A stretch of 64,000 nucleotides of DNA from Leucoraja ocellata (GCA_036785375.1 JAWMAR010000010.1:6262001-6326000); one strand, 5' to 3'. Positions 24,205 through 35,548 are shown, counted from the stretch's first letter. A program made the numbers and translations. Notes: generated by a model not told the origin, from the sequence alone.

Positions 24205-24930
24205 TTGTTTAGTTTAGTTTAGTTTAGTTTAGTTTAGTTGTTTGTCACGTGTACCGAGGAACAGTGAAAAAACATTGGTTACATGCTAACCAGTCGGCAG
24301 AAACACAATAAATGATTACAACAGAACCATTTACAGAGTATAGATTCGTGATATGGAATTTCGTTTAGTGCAATGTACAGCCAGCAAATTCCGGCCAAGG
24401 AGACTCCTAGGTTCATCAAAAAAGGTAAATAGTAGTTCAGTCCTGCTCTCTAGTTGTGGTAGGATGATTCAGTTGCCTGATAACAGCTGGGAAGAAACTG
24501 CCCCTGAATCTGGCGGTGTGCGTTTTCACACTTCTCTAACTGTTGCCTGATGGGAGAGGGAAGAAAAAGGTGGGCAGGGTGAGACTCGTCCTTGATTATG
24601 CTGCTGGCCTTGCCCAGGCAGCGTGAGGTATAAATTGAGTCTATAGAAGGGAAGATGGGTTGTTTGATGGTCTGGGCTGAGTCTACAATTCCCTGCAATT
24701 TCTGGCGGTCTTGGATGGAGCTGTTCCCAAACCAAGCTGCGACGGCACATGATAAAATGCTTCCCAAAGCGCGTCTGTTGAAGTTAGTGAGAGTTGTCGG
24801 GGACTTGCCGAACTTCCTAAGCCTTCTAAGGAAGTAGAGGCGCTGTTGTGCGTTCTTGGTCATTGCTTCAATATGGGTGGTCCAGGAGAAGTTGCTGGGG
24901 ATATTGACTCATGGGAATTTGAAGTTTTCA
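24205..24930 (-). mobile_element. Rex1/Babar-type 3' fragment with (TAAAC)n tail
   Basis: ORF 24450-24863 encodes AQQRLYFLRRLRKFG; (GTTTA)n at about 24207-24240. Confidence 0.85.
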
Positions 24931-26694
24931 ACCATCATTCCTTTAGTAAAACTATGCATGCTTTCCACTGCAATCCACTGCAATTCCCTGACACGTTGAC
25001 TCCAGAAACGTGTCAAACCTGTGGATTAACTAAAGCTCGCAGTATTTATACCAAGACAGATGATCTTACAACTAGAGGGCAGAGGGTTGTGAGACTGGAG
25101 AGATGTAAGAGGGAATCGATTAATAATATTTTCACAGACATTCGTCTGCATATGGGATGAAGCTATGGAAGCAGATGCGATTATGACTTCCAAACGGCAT
25201 TTCGACATATATGTATACGTCATACGATTATAAGACAATAGCAACGGAATTAGTTCATTCGCCTATCGAGTACACACCTCTTTTCATGAATCGTCAGCTA
25301 TCCACGTCTTCCAGATGCGCTGAGTAGCTCCGGAACTTTGTGTCTTTTTGCGCAGTGATTATTTAGTTTTCTCTGACGTTCAGTGTCCCATTATAGACAC
25401 CCTGGAACCGGTTCCCTCGCTCTCGCACCGAGGCCCTGTATTCTCATGGTACCTCCTTGGGCGAACACAACGGACTCAGAAAGTGAAGGTTGAGAGTGAT
25501 GGGTAGAAATGATTTAGAGCAACATGGGTCAAACGCAGGTAAATGGGTGTATCTTAGACGGGGACTCCTGAGTAACATCAACGGGTGGGTCCGATGGGGA
25601 TCTTTGCAAGTTCTATTACTCGAGCAACAGGCACCAACTTGGTAAACTGAGCTCCTGTTCCCGCCCTCCCTTTAAACTCACCGGACCCCAGGTCCCTCGC
25701 TCCCTTTAAACCCAGTGGGGGACACATTAAAGTGCCCCCCTGAAACTGACTGGGTAATCTGGAGAAATTAGTAAACGGCTGTGTGACATTAACAAATTAA
25801 AAACGAGTCGGATAATTAATATGATTGACAACCAAAGTTCGATAATGTCAGGTGGGATCGGCGGGCGTCGTTGTGAGAATATGTCCACATTTATCTAGCT
25901 TGTAAGATCGGGACAAAAGGCCTAGTTTGTGGGAGGATCGTTCAGTAATCGGAAAACAGCGGGACAATAGGAAACGGGGAGTTTAGAAGGATGAGGGGTC
26001 TCTTCATTAAAACTGACCGAATAGTGAAAGACCTGAATAGAGTGGATGCGGAGAGGATGTTTCCACTAGTGGGAGAGTCTAGGACCAGAATAAGAGCACG
26101 TACCTCTAGAAATTATGGAATTCGTGGCCAGGGAAAGCTGGTGATCGCCGTCAATTTATATATTTAAGGCGGAGATGGATATATTCTAATGAGTACGGGT
26201 GTCATGGATTATGAGGAGAAGGCAGTAGAATTGGGTTTAGAGGTTTGTGCTGCAGACGATGCCAAGACCTACTCTAACCAGCCAGCTCTTAATCCATATC
26301 CCTCCATTCTCTGCCTCTTTGGCTGTAGCTTCAGGGTGGTTGGTCCAGGACACATTATTGGCGATATTTGCCCTTAGGGCACATTATTAGGGAACCGGGA
26401 GCCTTCATCTACTTCCAGCGGCTCATCATTGTTTGACATCGTCCCACTACAATGGTGTCATCTCCAAACTGGTAGATGATCCAGAGCAGAGTTTGTCCGC
26501 ACAACCGCGACTATGGGGAGAATAGTAGGGGAATGCCAATACATCCTTGCGGGGCAACTGTGTTGAGAATTATTGTGGAGGATGTTTTGTCGCATATCTT
26601 CGCTGCTTGTGGTCCATGGGTCAGGAAGTGGAAGATCCAGTGACAGAGGGGGAAATGTCACTGGACCCCATCTACGGAAGTTTGAAGAAGAGTG

Positions 26695-26895
26695 TGTGGC
26701 GGCACAGTGGAGCAACAGTGGAGTTGCTGCATTACAGCGACACGTTCCACCCTGACTGCGTGCTGTCAGTACGGAGTTTGCATGTTCTCCCTGTGACCGA
26801 GTTGGTTTCCTCCGATGTGCAGGATAGTGTTAATACCGGGTTCACTGGTCGGCGGGGACGCCGTGGACTTGTTTCCACGCTGTGTCTCTAAAATA
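26695..26895 (+). mobile_element. Degenerate tRNA-derived SINE
   Basis: GGCACAGTGGAGCAAC...GTACGGAGTTTGCATGTTCTCCCTGTGACC, same family as 17230. Confidence 0.6.
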
Positions 26896-27589
26896 TAGGG
26901 TCCGGGTTGGGATTGACACATGTGTGACTGGATTTACACGGGATTAGTGATTTTAGTTTGATTGCTTTGTTCGTTTACGGGTCAAAGTTTGTTAACACAC
27001 CAAGACCCACATTTTCGTAATAACTCTGACAAACAGAGGCCCCGAGTTTGTGTGATCCTTTATTTTAACCCGGGTACGGGTCCCACACTCCATTTAAACA
27101 CTAGGGTTCCGTATTCCCATAGTACCTGCTCAGCCTGGGAAACACAAACGACTAATATATGAAAGGGTGAGTGATTGATGGGTCAATGGGTAGAAAATAT
27201 TTAGAAGAATAATGGGTCAAACGCAGGCAAATGGGTCCAAATTAGGTGGGGCATCTTGGGCAACATCAACGAGTGGGGCCGAAAGGCCTGTTTGCATGTT
27301 CCATGATTGTAAAAGCAGGCACCAACTTGTCAACCTGAGCTCCTGTCTGTGCTGTTCTGCCTGTGACCGGGAGGATTTTCTCCGGGAGACCCGGCTTCTA
27401 CCCACATTCCAAGACCGTGCGGGCCTGTAGATCAATTGGCCTTTGTCTATTTCACCTAATGTACAGCGAGTGGATGAGTAAATGGGATAACATAGGTCAC
27501 GTGTGAACGGGAGATCGATGGTTGACGTGGATTCTGTGAACCGAAGGAGTTTCCATGCTGTATCTGTAAACTAAGATCAAGCGCTAGAA

Positions 27590-28052
27590 ACAGAGATACA
27601 TAGAAATTAGGTGCAGGAGTAGGCCATTCGGCCCTTCGAGCCTGCACCGCCATTCAATATGATCATGGATGATCGTCAACTCAGTATCCCGTACCTGCCT
27701 TCTCTCCATACCCTCTGACCCCCTTGGCCACAAGGGCCACATCTAACTCCCTCTTAAATATAGCCAATGAACTGGCCTCGACTACCCTCTGTGGCAGAGA
27801 GTTCCAGAGATCCACCACTCTGTGTGAAAAAAGTTCTCCTCATCTCGGTTTTAAAGGATTTCCCCCTTATCCTTAAGCTGTGACCCCTTGTCCTGGACTT
27901 CCCCAACATCGGGAACAATCTTCCTGCATCTAGCCTGTCCAACCCCTTAAGAATTTTGTAAGTTTCTATAAGATCCCCTCTCAATCTCCTAAATTCAAGA
28001 GAGTATAAACCAAGTCTATCCAGTCTTTCTTCATAAGACAGTCCTGACATCC
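27590..28052 (-). mobile_element. Young CR1 3' fragment, inverted relative to about 36150-36625
   Basis: ORF 27754-28050 (MSGLSYEERLDRLGLYSLEFRR...) is almost identical to the C-terminus of ORF 35586-36524. Confidence 0.92.
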
Positions 28053-28226
28053 CTACGGTGATTGGCTGGAGAATGGCGGGGAATGGACTGAGATTTGTGC
28101 AAGATAACAGGTAACAAAAAACAGAACTGGAGATGAGTCAAATGCTCGATGTGGCCATGGATCCAATGGGCCGAATGGTCCTTTGGAAATGTTACAAGCA
28201 ATTCAGAACGTCATTGTATTAAAATT

Positions 28227-28269
28227 AAAATAAAGCAAACCAAATAATTATTGTATATCTGAATTTAAT
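28227..28269 (-). promoter_or_regulatory. Putative poly(A) signal ATTAAA and U-rich downstream element of cassette A
   Basis: ATTAAA at 28269-28264, then GGTTTGCTTTATTTT; homologous to 15029-15069. Confidence 0.45.
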
Positions 28270-29182
28270 AACCATTATACACGTTGTTCCATGTTGCTCT
28301 CTCATTCAAATATATTGAGAGATTTATACATATACGAAATTAAGCACACTGAATTCAAAATTAAAGTTATGTTCTATATGTATTGCATAAGTAAATTTAA
28401 TTAGCATTTCGATTTATCGCCCTTCCATTAAAATATACTTCGAAGGTTGTAAATATATTAAATTAAGCAAACTGCATTAATAATAAGCTTGTATTCCCTG
28501 CGTGCTCAATGCATCATTTGAGATTTATAAGCAGAGCACTACAAAGCAAAGGACTCGAAATAGATTAGTCAGGATCCAGGGGTTGCCACAGCAGGGAGGT
28601 TTGGACATGCTTCTGGAGTCAATGGGTCAGAGAATTGTACAGTGAAGAAATTGGGCCTTCGGACACACATGTCGATATGACCATCTTTGTCTATGTACAT
28701 GCATCCCGTTGGCCTCAATTAGATCCATATCCTTCCAACTTGTAATAAGAGGGAACTGCTGATGCCGGTGTTTACCAAAGATAGACACGATGTGCTTGCG
28801 TAAGTCAGTGGATCAGGCAGCAACTCTGTAGGACGTGGATAGGTGACGCTTCATGCCCGGTCCCCTTCTAACCAACTGGGAATTTGCAGCACTTTGTCTA
28901 TCCTTCCAACTATTTCCGAATTAAGGGCCTGTTCATGCGTCTAAACGTCTATTGTACATGTTGGTGTATCTCATTTCCACCACTTTGTTTACTAGCATAT
29001 TCCAGATATCAAACCCTCTCGGTGTACAGAACCTTTCCTTTGAACTAGAAGTACTGCATTTTATTATATTACACAAATATTAAAAGCGAGTCGGAGAATT
29101 AATATGATTGACAACCAAAGGTCGACAAAATCAGCCAGACCGCAAAAGCAGGTGGGATCGGCGGACTTCATTGCGAGGCAGG

Positions 29183-29244
29183 TTATATTGCAGTCGGAAC
29201 ACTGGTCTGCTCAGCTTCCTCGGATGGATCAGTCTCCACGCATG
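29183..29244 (-). CDS. Terminal (cytoplasmic) exon of receptor cassette A
   Basis: Acceptor CTTGTTGTGTCCGCAG|CATGCG. After the TM exon it reads S-MRGD* (TGA at the same offset as in B). The phase-1 frame reads CVETDPSEEAEQTSVPTAI*. Confidence 0.65.
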
Positions 29245-29799
29245 CTGCGGACACAACAAGACCAATTAAAACAAGCCTCAGTAATTGTCCCACAAGACCA
29301 TTCCTGGCATCTCCATTCACAGCCGTCATTTAAATATGTGAAGTGATTCGGATGGAGATTTGAAGGGAATTCTCCAGAGGGGAGACGTTATTGTCAATGT
29401 CAGCGTTTGACAACAACATTTGAGGTGGACATCAATATGCGAAACAGGTGATTAACTTAACATGGGTCACGTATATTGTTCGTTGTGTTCACAGTGAGGA
29501 GGATTGTCTGACCTGCAGCAAGGTATTGGTTTATTATCGTCACCTTGACACAGATAGGAGGAAAAAAACTTTGTTTCGCGTGTCATCCAGTTACATTATT
29601 CCATAAACCCAAACCGTGCAGAATATAGTCTTACAGAGAAAGGGCAGAGGGCAAGGGCCCCATCAAGGTAGACTGGAGGATCGGGAATACATTCTTATCT
29701 TTTGAGGGATTTCTCAAAGCGTCTGAGCGCGTAAGAATCTGTTCTTCCATCTGTAGGTACATGATGCACTTGAGCCATGTATTGACAACGTGACAGGGG

Positions 29800-30030
29800 T
29801 ACCACGGTGGCGCAGTTGTAGAGATGCTGCCTTGCAGCGGAGAGTCCCGGGTTCGATCCTGATTACGGGTGCTGTCTGTGCGGAGTTTCCACGTGCTCCC
29901 CGTGACTGCATGGTTTTTGACCCTCCCATATCCCAAAGACTTGCGGGTTTGTAGGATAATTGTCCTCTGCAAACTCCCCCTATATTGCAGGATAGAACTA
30001 ATGCATGGATGATGATGGTTGGCGCGGCCT
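29800..30030 (+). mobile_element. tRNA-derived SINE with A and B boxes
   Basis: CACGGTGGCGCAGTTG (A box) and GGTTCGATCC (B box). Confidence 0.75.
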
Positions 30031-30109
30031 AGGAAGCCTCACAGTTTTCAATCACACACCAAAGGTCATTGAGTTTATATTCCAGGCATAGAAACGCGAC
30101 ATTACGTAC

Positions 30110-30210
30110 CTGAGTTTGTCACGGTAGAAGATAACACACATCACTAAAAGGACAATGGTTTTTAGTCCGAGAGGGATCCACAGGATCAGAAACCTTGTAA
30201 CTCTGTGTGG
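30110..30210 (-). CDS. Transmembrane exon of cassette A, with an intramembrane Lys (not in the ORF track)
   Basis: Acceptor CTCTCTCCTCAG| and donor AG|GTACGT; 101 nt, phase 0 to 2; encodes PHRVTRFLILWIPLGLKTIVLLVMCVIFYRDKLR. Paralog of 17560-17659. Confidence 0.88.
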
Positions 30211-31527
30211 CTGAGGAGAGAGTGAGAGAGATCAGAGTGGTCACTTGGAAAGTGGAGCGATCGACAATGTACAAATGGTGTATGCTTCACTAAGATCACC
30301 ACCCATTCTATACACTCTAGAGAATACAGGTCTAATCTGCTGGAGGAAATAACAGACTGCTGACAGCGCTCAGGAAGTCAGGCAACTGTCGAAGGAAATC
30401 CAAAGACGTCGTTTTGTCCGGGAATTCCAGTTTTGAGGCAAGATCTCGATATGAATTGTCATTCGGCAATTTCCTTCCAGACATGCTACCTGGCCGATCG
30501 AGTTCCTCCAGTAGCTTTTTTTTTCTGCTCAAGGTTCCCGTGCCTGCATTCTACAGGGTCTCCGGTCTAATCAATCTCCCCTGATCTTCAATCAACCTGC
30601 CCTTCTGGGAAACAGTGACGGATTCTTCACTGCACTAATCGTGGCTTTATTGTAGTTAAGAAGAACAAAGTCCGACACAGTACTGCAGGGGTCGTCTCAC
30701 TAGAACCTTATATAACTGCGGTAAAATATTTCAGCCCTTGAATATAACTCCTCTCTTGATAAATCCTGAAAAACTATGGCCTTTCTCGACTCTTCCCCAT
30801 CAGTACATCACCCTTCATTGACACGAGAACAAGCACAATATGGACCTTTTGAACATCCACACCACCCTATCTCTGACCATTTAATAAACACTGTTGTTTT
30901 ATGTTTAGTTCACCCGTGCGGATAATTTGACAATTTGCCACATTTTATTCCACATTATGTTCCCACCCACTCATTCAGCTTGTCCACCTTCCCCGAATCT
31001 CCGCGTCCTCCTGCCCTCTCACAGTCCCACGGCACTACCACCACCATCAGACCTGACAATTGCCCCACCTCAATCAACTCCCTGATGCAGACTGTGAATA
31101 GCTGAGACCAAGAACCAAACTGTGAAGTACCTCGCCAGCCGCAGACTCTCAACATGACAGAGATCCAGATATTTCATTCTACATGCTGCTCGATAACAGC
31201 TTCTCAATCCCTGACAGTGCGTTGCCTTAATGCCGCCTTCTCGCACCTGGTTCCCCAAACTCCTGGCTGGGACCCAACCTAGATCCTTCTGAGAATCCAA
31301 ACCTACCACAGCACCTTATTCCCTCTCGGGCATTCAACTCCTCACCTCACCAATAGACTCCAATACATTGATCAACTATGGTTGACTTTTCTCTGGAGTT
31401 GTATCTGACCCTCTAGATGCGAGGCTGCGCCCACTGAGTCCTGAGAGACAGGGTTTCCTGTTCCTGCTCTCCTCCCTCCCTCTGCACCTTCGCTCTACAC
31501 GGAAAGAATGTGGCGATAGTTTCTTAC

Positions 31528-31937
31528 CGGGTGTGATCCGTACCCGGAGCTGGACCTCACGCTGGTACTGATGGGTGAACGGGGGGTGTATGAAGCTCTG
31601 GTACTTACATCGATGTATTTTAACGCATTGTTTTCAGTTTTGTTGAACTCCACCAGACACAGGTAGCCGTCACTGTCCTCCACACTCAGCTGCTTTATCC
31701 TGGTTGAGGCGTTTCCCTGCTCTGGGTTCCCGACCAGCTCGAACCGAGTTGCTCCGTTCTCCGCCGCCCAGGATCCATCAGCTTGGTGTCTGAACGTGAC
31801 GATGGGCCGGTAGGGATCCTTCCTCATCCATGTGACCGTGAGGGCCCTGGGGTAATGCGGGGATTGCGGATACACACATGGTAACGTGGCCGAACCCCCC
31901 TCAGTCCCATTCACCACTGAGACATCCCCGCCGGGAG
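31528..31937 (-). CDS. Membrane-proximal Ig V-set exon of cassette A
   Basis: Acceptor TCCTTCCCTCAG| and donor CCG|GTAAGA; 410 nt, phase 1 to 0; motifs ATLPCVY, VTWMRKDPY, RFELVGNPEQGNAS and DSDGYLCLVEF. Confidence 0.88.
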
Positions 31938-33039
31938 CTGAGGGAAGGACAGACACCGGAATGTATCAGCGTTCTGTGGGTGAATCGTCTTGTACCGACC
32001 TCTCCCTGTGTGAGTGGGTGGAGCCGGTGCCCAGTGTGGAGCTGACAGTGATGGTCCCAGGGAAGGTGGGCCAGGGGGCGCAGGGGACAGGACACATTCA
32101 AGGGTGGCTCCGGATCAGGGGTCACTGGACGCCTCTGACAGCGCGGCTTTCCCACGGCGCTGGCCCTGAGAGCGAGAGTGAGCGACAGCGAACCCGCGCC
32201 TCCCCGGAACCCAACTCTATTCTCCACGGGGAATATTCAATGTGTGAAGCGGTGAACTCCACACCGAGAGGGAGACCCACCCACAGGGGATTGGGCACCG
32301 ACACCTCCTTCACTACTGTTCTCCAACACATTAATAGTTCCAACAAGGTGATCACCATCTTGCTATTTCTCGGATTACACAACCCACCTGTATTTGACTG
32401 TGGACCAGGCCCGGCGTCTCGTCTACTCCAGGAACGCACTGGCCAGACGGATTAACTGGAGAGGAATCAGGAGCAGGAACCCTGGCCGTTCAGCCCCACC
32501 CCCCCCCCCCCCCCCCACCCCCCCCCCCCCCCAACCCGACCCCACACGGCGATGGTTCTCGTCCAGCAGCGCGGCTGCGAGTGTTCTCCGGCTTGGCCCT
32601 GCTGTAGGACCGGCTCGCCGACCGCGGATCTAACGACTGGACCCGCGCCGCAAGAACGAAGAGGAACCCGGGAGCAAACGCCGAGAGGAAGGTGGGCCGT
32701 CGGAGAGTGAGGAGGGTCGTCTGATAGTGTGGAGGGTCGACGGAGAGTGAGCAGGGCCGTCGGAGGGCGAGGAGGGCAGCCGAGAATGACAGTGAGGGGA
32801 GGTGGGCCGATGCCACCAGCGGCAGCAGGCAGTAGAGAGAACTGCCGTGAATCTTTGCATCTGTCGGCGCCAAAACGTGGCGACACTTGTGTACTGTCAA
32901 GGTGACGTCCGCTACATGATTGTCAAGTCAAACTGAAATGAAAGAACAGGTGCAGAGAAATGCTACATTGAAATCACGAGACAGTGGGGACAGAAACCCA
33001 GACGGCCGAGTTCTGCCCGGGGGTTAAAAGGGCACACAG

Positions 33040-34074
33040 TAGCAATGTTACAACATTTTGAGATTTAAAAATCAAGTCTGTAATTTATCCCATCAGATAA
33101 AGCATAACAATAAGTTTAATTTGACACCTAATTCACTTTCATATCTCAAGTATTTAAAAAGTTACGCCATTTTCATACTCGGAAATTAGCATCTTGTTCC
33201 CTATTGATTTTCCAGGGACATAACAAAAAAACTGTGATCATGGACAGTCAAAAGGCCATAACCTTCTTAAAAATTAAGAGAACTGAATGAAATTTTCAGT
33301 TATCGTAGATTGAACCATTCTGAAACAAACATAAAATAATCTAACTTGGATGACCTGAAATTAAAGCATATAATTATTTAGTTACCCAAGTGTAGCAAAT
33401 TTCAAACTTCAATTACTAGATCTAAACATCTATCCATTTCTTAATAAATGATTAACGTTTTTAAATAGCCCAAGTGTCCAAATAATATTCATAAATAATT
33501 CACAATAAAACATGATTTTAAAATCTCATTTACATCAATTTATAGGCCAAATGGAAGGAATTTAGTGTTCAATTGCTGTAAGTTAAAGTCCATTTTAAAT
33601 TGGCTTTCTAGTGGGTTCCTGTGAACGCGCTGGTTTAGAACGTTCACATTGCGCTGGATTTGTGCCTCAAATGCCCAGAAAAATACTGCGGGATAGAAAC
33701 AGCCCAAAATGAGCTACTCGCTATAGTAAACTTTATAAACAGGGTTCTTAAGAAGCCCCTTTTAATGTAAAAGTAAGGTACATACCTTTAATTGTTTGCT
33801 TTATAAAACCCTGGGCTGCGAGAGGTCGCGGGTTTAGAGAGTGATTTTTAAACTACTATAACTATTATACAAGGCCATAAAAAACTAATAATACCTTTTG
33901 CGACGGGGTCTTTCAGCGATTTTTCGTTAATGATTTACTAGGCTGAACATTTTCGATTGCAACAGCCTAGTAAAAATCGCGTTTTAAACCCGCCCCTCTA
34001 ACAGCGCCAAAATCACACACACGGGGTGGGGCAGATTCTCAGCCACGATTCAGGTAGGTTTTGTAAGATACCTA
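33040..34074. mobile_element. Non-autonomous DNA transposon (MITE-like, about 1 kb)
   Basis: Imperfect TIRs TAGCAATGTTACAA and TTGTAAGATACCTA; direct repeat CACACAG at 33033-33039 and 34075-34081; AT-rich with no long ORF. Confidence 0.75.
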
Positions 34075-35063
34075 CACACAGCACCAGACGCCAGTGAAGA
34101 AGACAGAAGAGACTTGCGTGCGGGAAAACTTGAACAAAAAATCAAAAGGACTGTCCGAAAAGACTGTGGCGATAGCCAGAAAAGGCAAGCAGGACTGATT
34201 TTCTACAGACCTGATTGGCAGCCGGTAAGGACTGAACTCTAAATGAACTGAGCCGAAGACTGCAGCCCCAGAGACTCTGTTTAACCCTTTAATATCTGAG
34301 AAACTTGTCTGGCTAACGTGTTGATTGAGAAAGTTTGAAATAGTGGTGGTGTATGTTAACCAAGATGACAGGGTGATGATAGTGTTTGTTGTCTATGTAA
34401 AGTACATCCTGCTTCATTGTGGGGTTAAGGGCTAATGTGAGCTAATTTCTAATACTTATATGCTATGTGTGGTGTTAGTTGAAATAATTGCATTTTAAAA
34501 AATATGGTAAAAATGTGTTAAAAAACAGTAAAGATTCATATGATATTAAGCTAACAAATTGGTAACAGTAGTGGGCATTATCTGTATTTTTCATTTAATG
34601 AAATGTGAAAATTATTTAAAAAACAAAATGGCTGCTATGAGTTGGAATGTTAGATACATGTAATTTTCTGTTATTTATATTTAGTTACAGTAATGTGTAT
34701 ATTTTTTGCCTTTGTGTCTAAAGGTTTTTCACCTGGTAAAGACTAAAACTGCTAAAGACTAATCTTCCAAAATAAAAGGTGGAAAAGAAGTGTTTGGTCT
34801 GAGTGAATCCAGTTCATCATTTCGGGGTAGATAAATCAAATCCCTTTCAAGCGGGGAATCTGCAAAAACATTAGAAGACTTGACAATGATTGTTCTGGGT
34901 TGTCTGCAAAACAACGTATTTCACTGTACCTGGGCACGTGTGAGAATACAGTATCATTGAATCATTGAATTGAACCATCAACATGTATTGATCAGCATTG
35001 TACCGGGGGAACCCGCGGTCCGTGAGGTCTGGGGCAGCGACAGTCTCTGAACATTGGTCTCAC

Positions 35064-35348
35064 CTTCCACAGTCAGCACCGTTGGAATCACAGATTGAAA
35101 GCTGTTAATGTTGAGCTCCGCGCGGCACCGGTACTTATCGCTGTCCACCCGTCTCAGTCGCTCCACCATTATCGAGGCATCTCCCTCGCTGAGGTTCCCC
35201 ACGAATTTGAACCGACTTCCGGCCTCCTGTGGCACTTCATCGCATCGGAAGGGGCCGTGACTGGGATATGTGCAGTTCAACACAAGGTTGGGAGGCTTTG
35301 GTGACAACTTGTTTGTGCCACAGCACGGAGCCGGTGAGGGTGTGATCA
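35064..35348 (-). pseudogene. Siglec-15-like N-terminal V-set exon; 5' part lost in the gap; frameshifted by a 4-bp duplication
   Basis: Removing one ACAA copy (35309-35316) gives DHTLTGSVLWHKLSPKPPNLVLNCTYPSHGPFRCDEVPQEAGSRFKFVGNLSEGDASIMVERLRRVDSDKYRCRAELNINSFQSVIPTVLTVE. Donor AAG|GTGAGA, phase 1. Confidence 0.85.
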
Positions 35349-35548
35349 NNNNNNNNNNNNNNNNNNNNNNNNNNNNNNNNNNNNNNNNNNNNNNNNNNNN
35401 NNNNNNNNNNNNNNNNNNNNNNNNNNNNNNNNNNNNNNNNNNNNNNNNNNNNNNNNNNNNNNNNNNNNNNNNNNNNNNNNNNNNNNNNNNNNNNNNNNNN
35501 NNNNNNNNNNNNNNNNNNNNNNNNNNNNNNNNNNNNNNNNNNNNNNNN
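35349..35548. other. Assembly gap (200 N)
   Basis: Run of N. Confidence 1.

Larger units (their letters stand above)
1..24640 (+). repeat. Copy 1 of a large direct duplication (copy 2 at 39337-64000)
   Basis: The sequence at position 1 (AAGGGCTGAAGATGG) recurs at 39337, and 24631-24640 matches 63991-64000. The ORF track repeats with offsets of about 39335-39365. Confidence 0.97.

Noticed and set aside
29800-29870. tRNA gene
   Set aside because: The A and B boxes continue into a SINE body found several times in the window, and there is no complete cloverleaf.
31886-32455. 189-aa plus-strand ORF, or an extra Ig exon between V1 and V2
   Set aside because: It is an antisense shadow of the V2 exon plus GC-rich intron. 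I found no Ig Cys/Trp pattern with proper splice sites on the minus strand.
19883-35348. Rearranging antigen-receptor V segments (Ig, TCR or IgNAR)
   Set aside because: The V exons include their own G-strand region and end in splice donors. No heptamer-spacer-nonamer RSS lies next to them, and no J or C1 exons were seen. The CACAGTG occurrences (e.g. 29489, 26704) are isolated.
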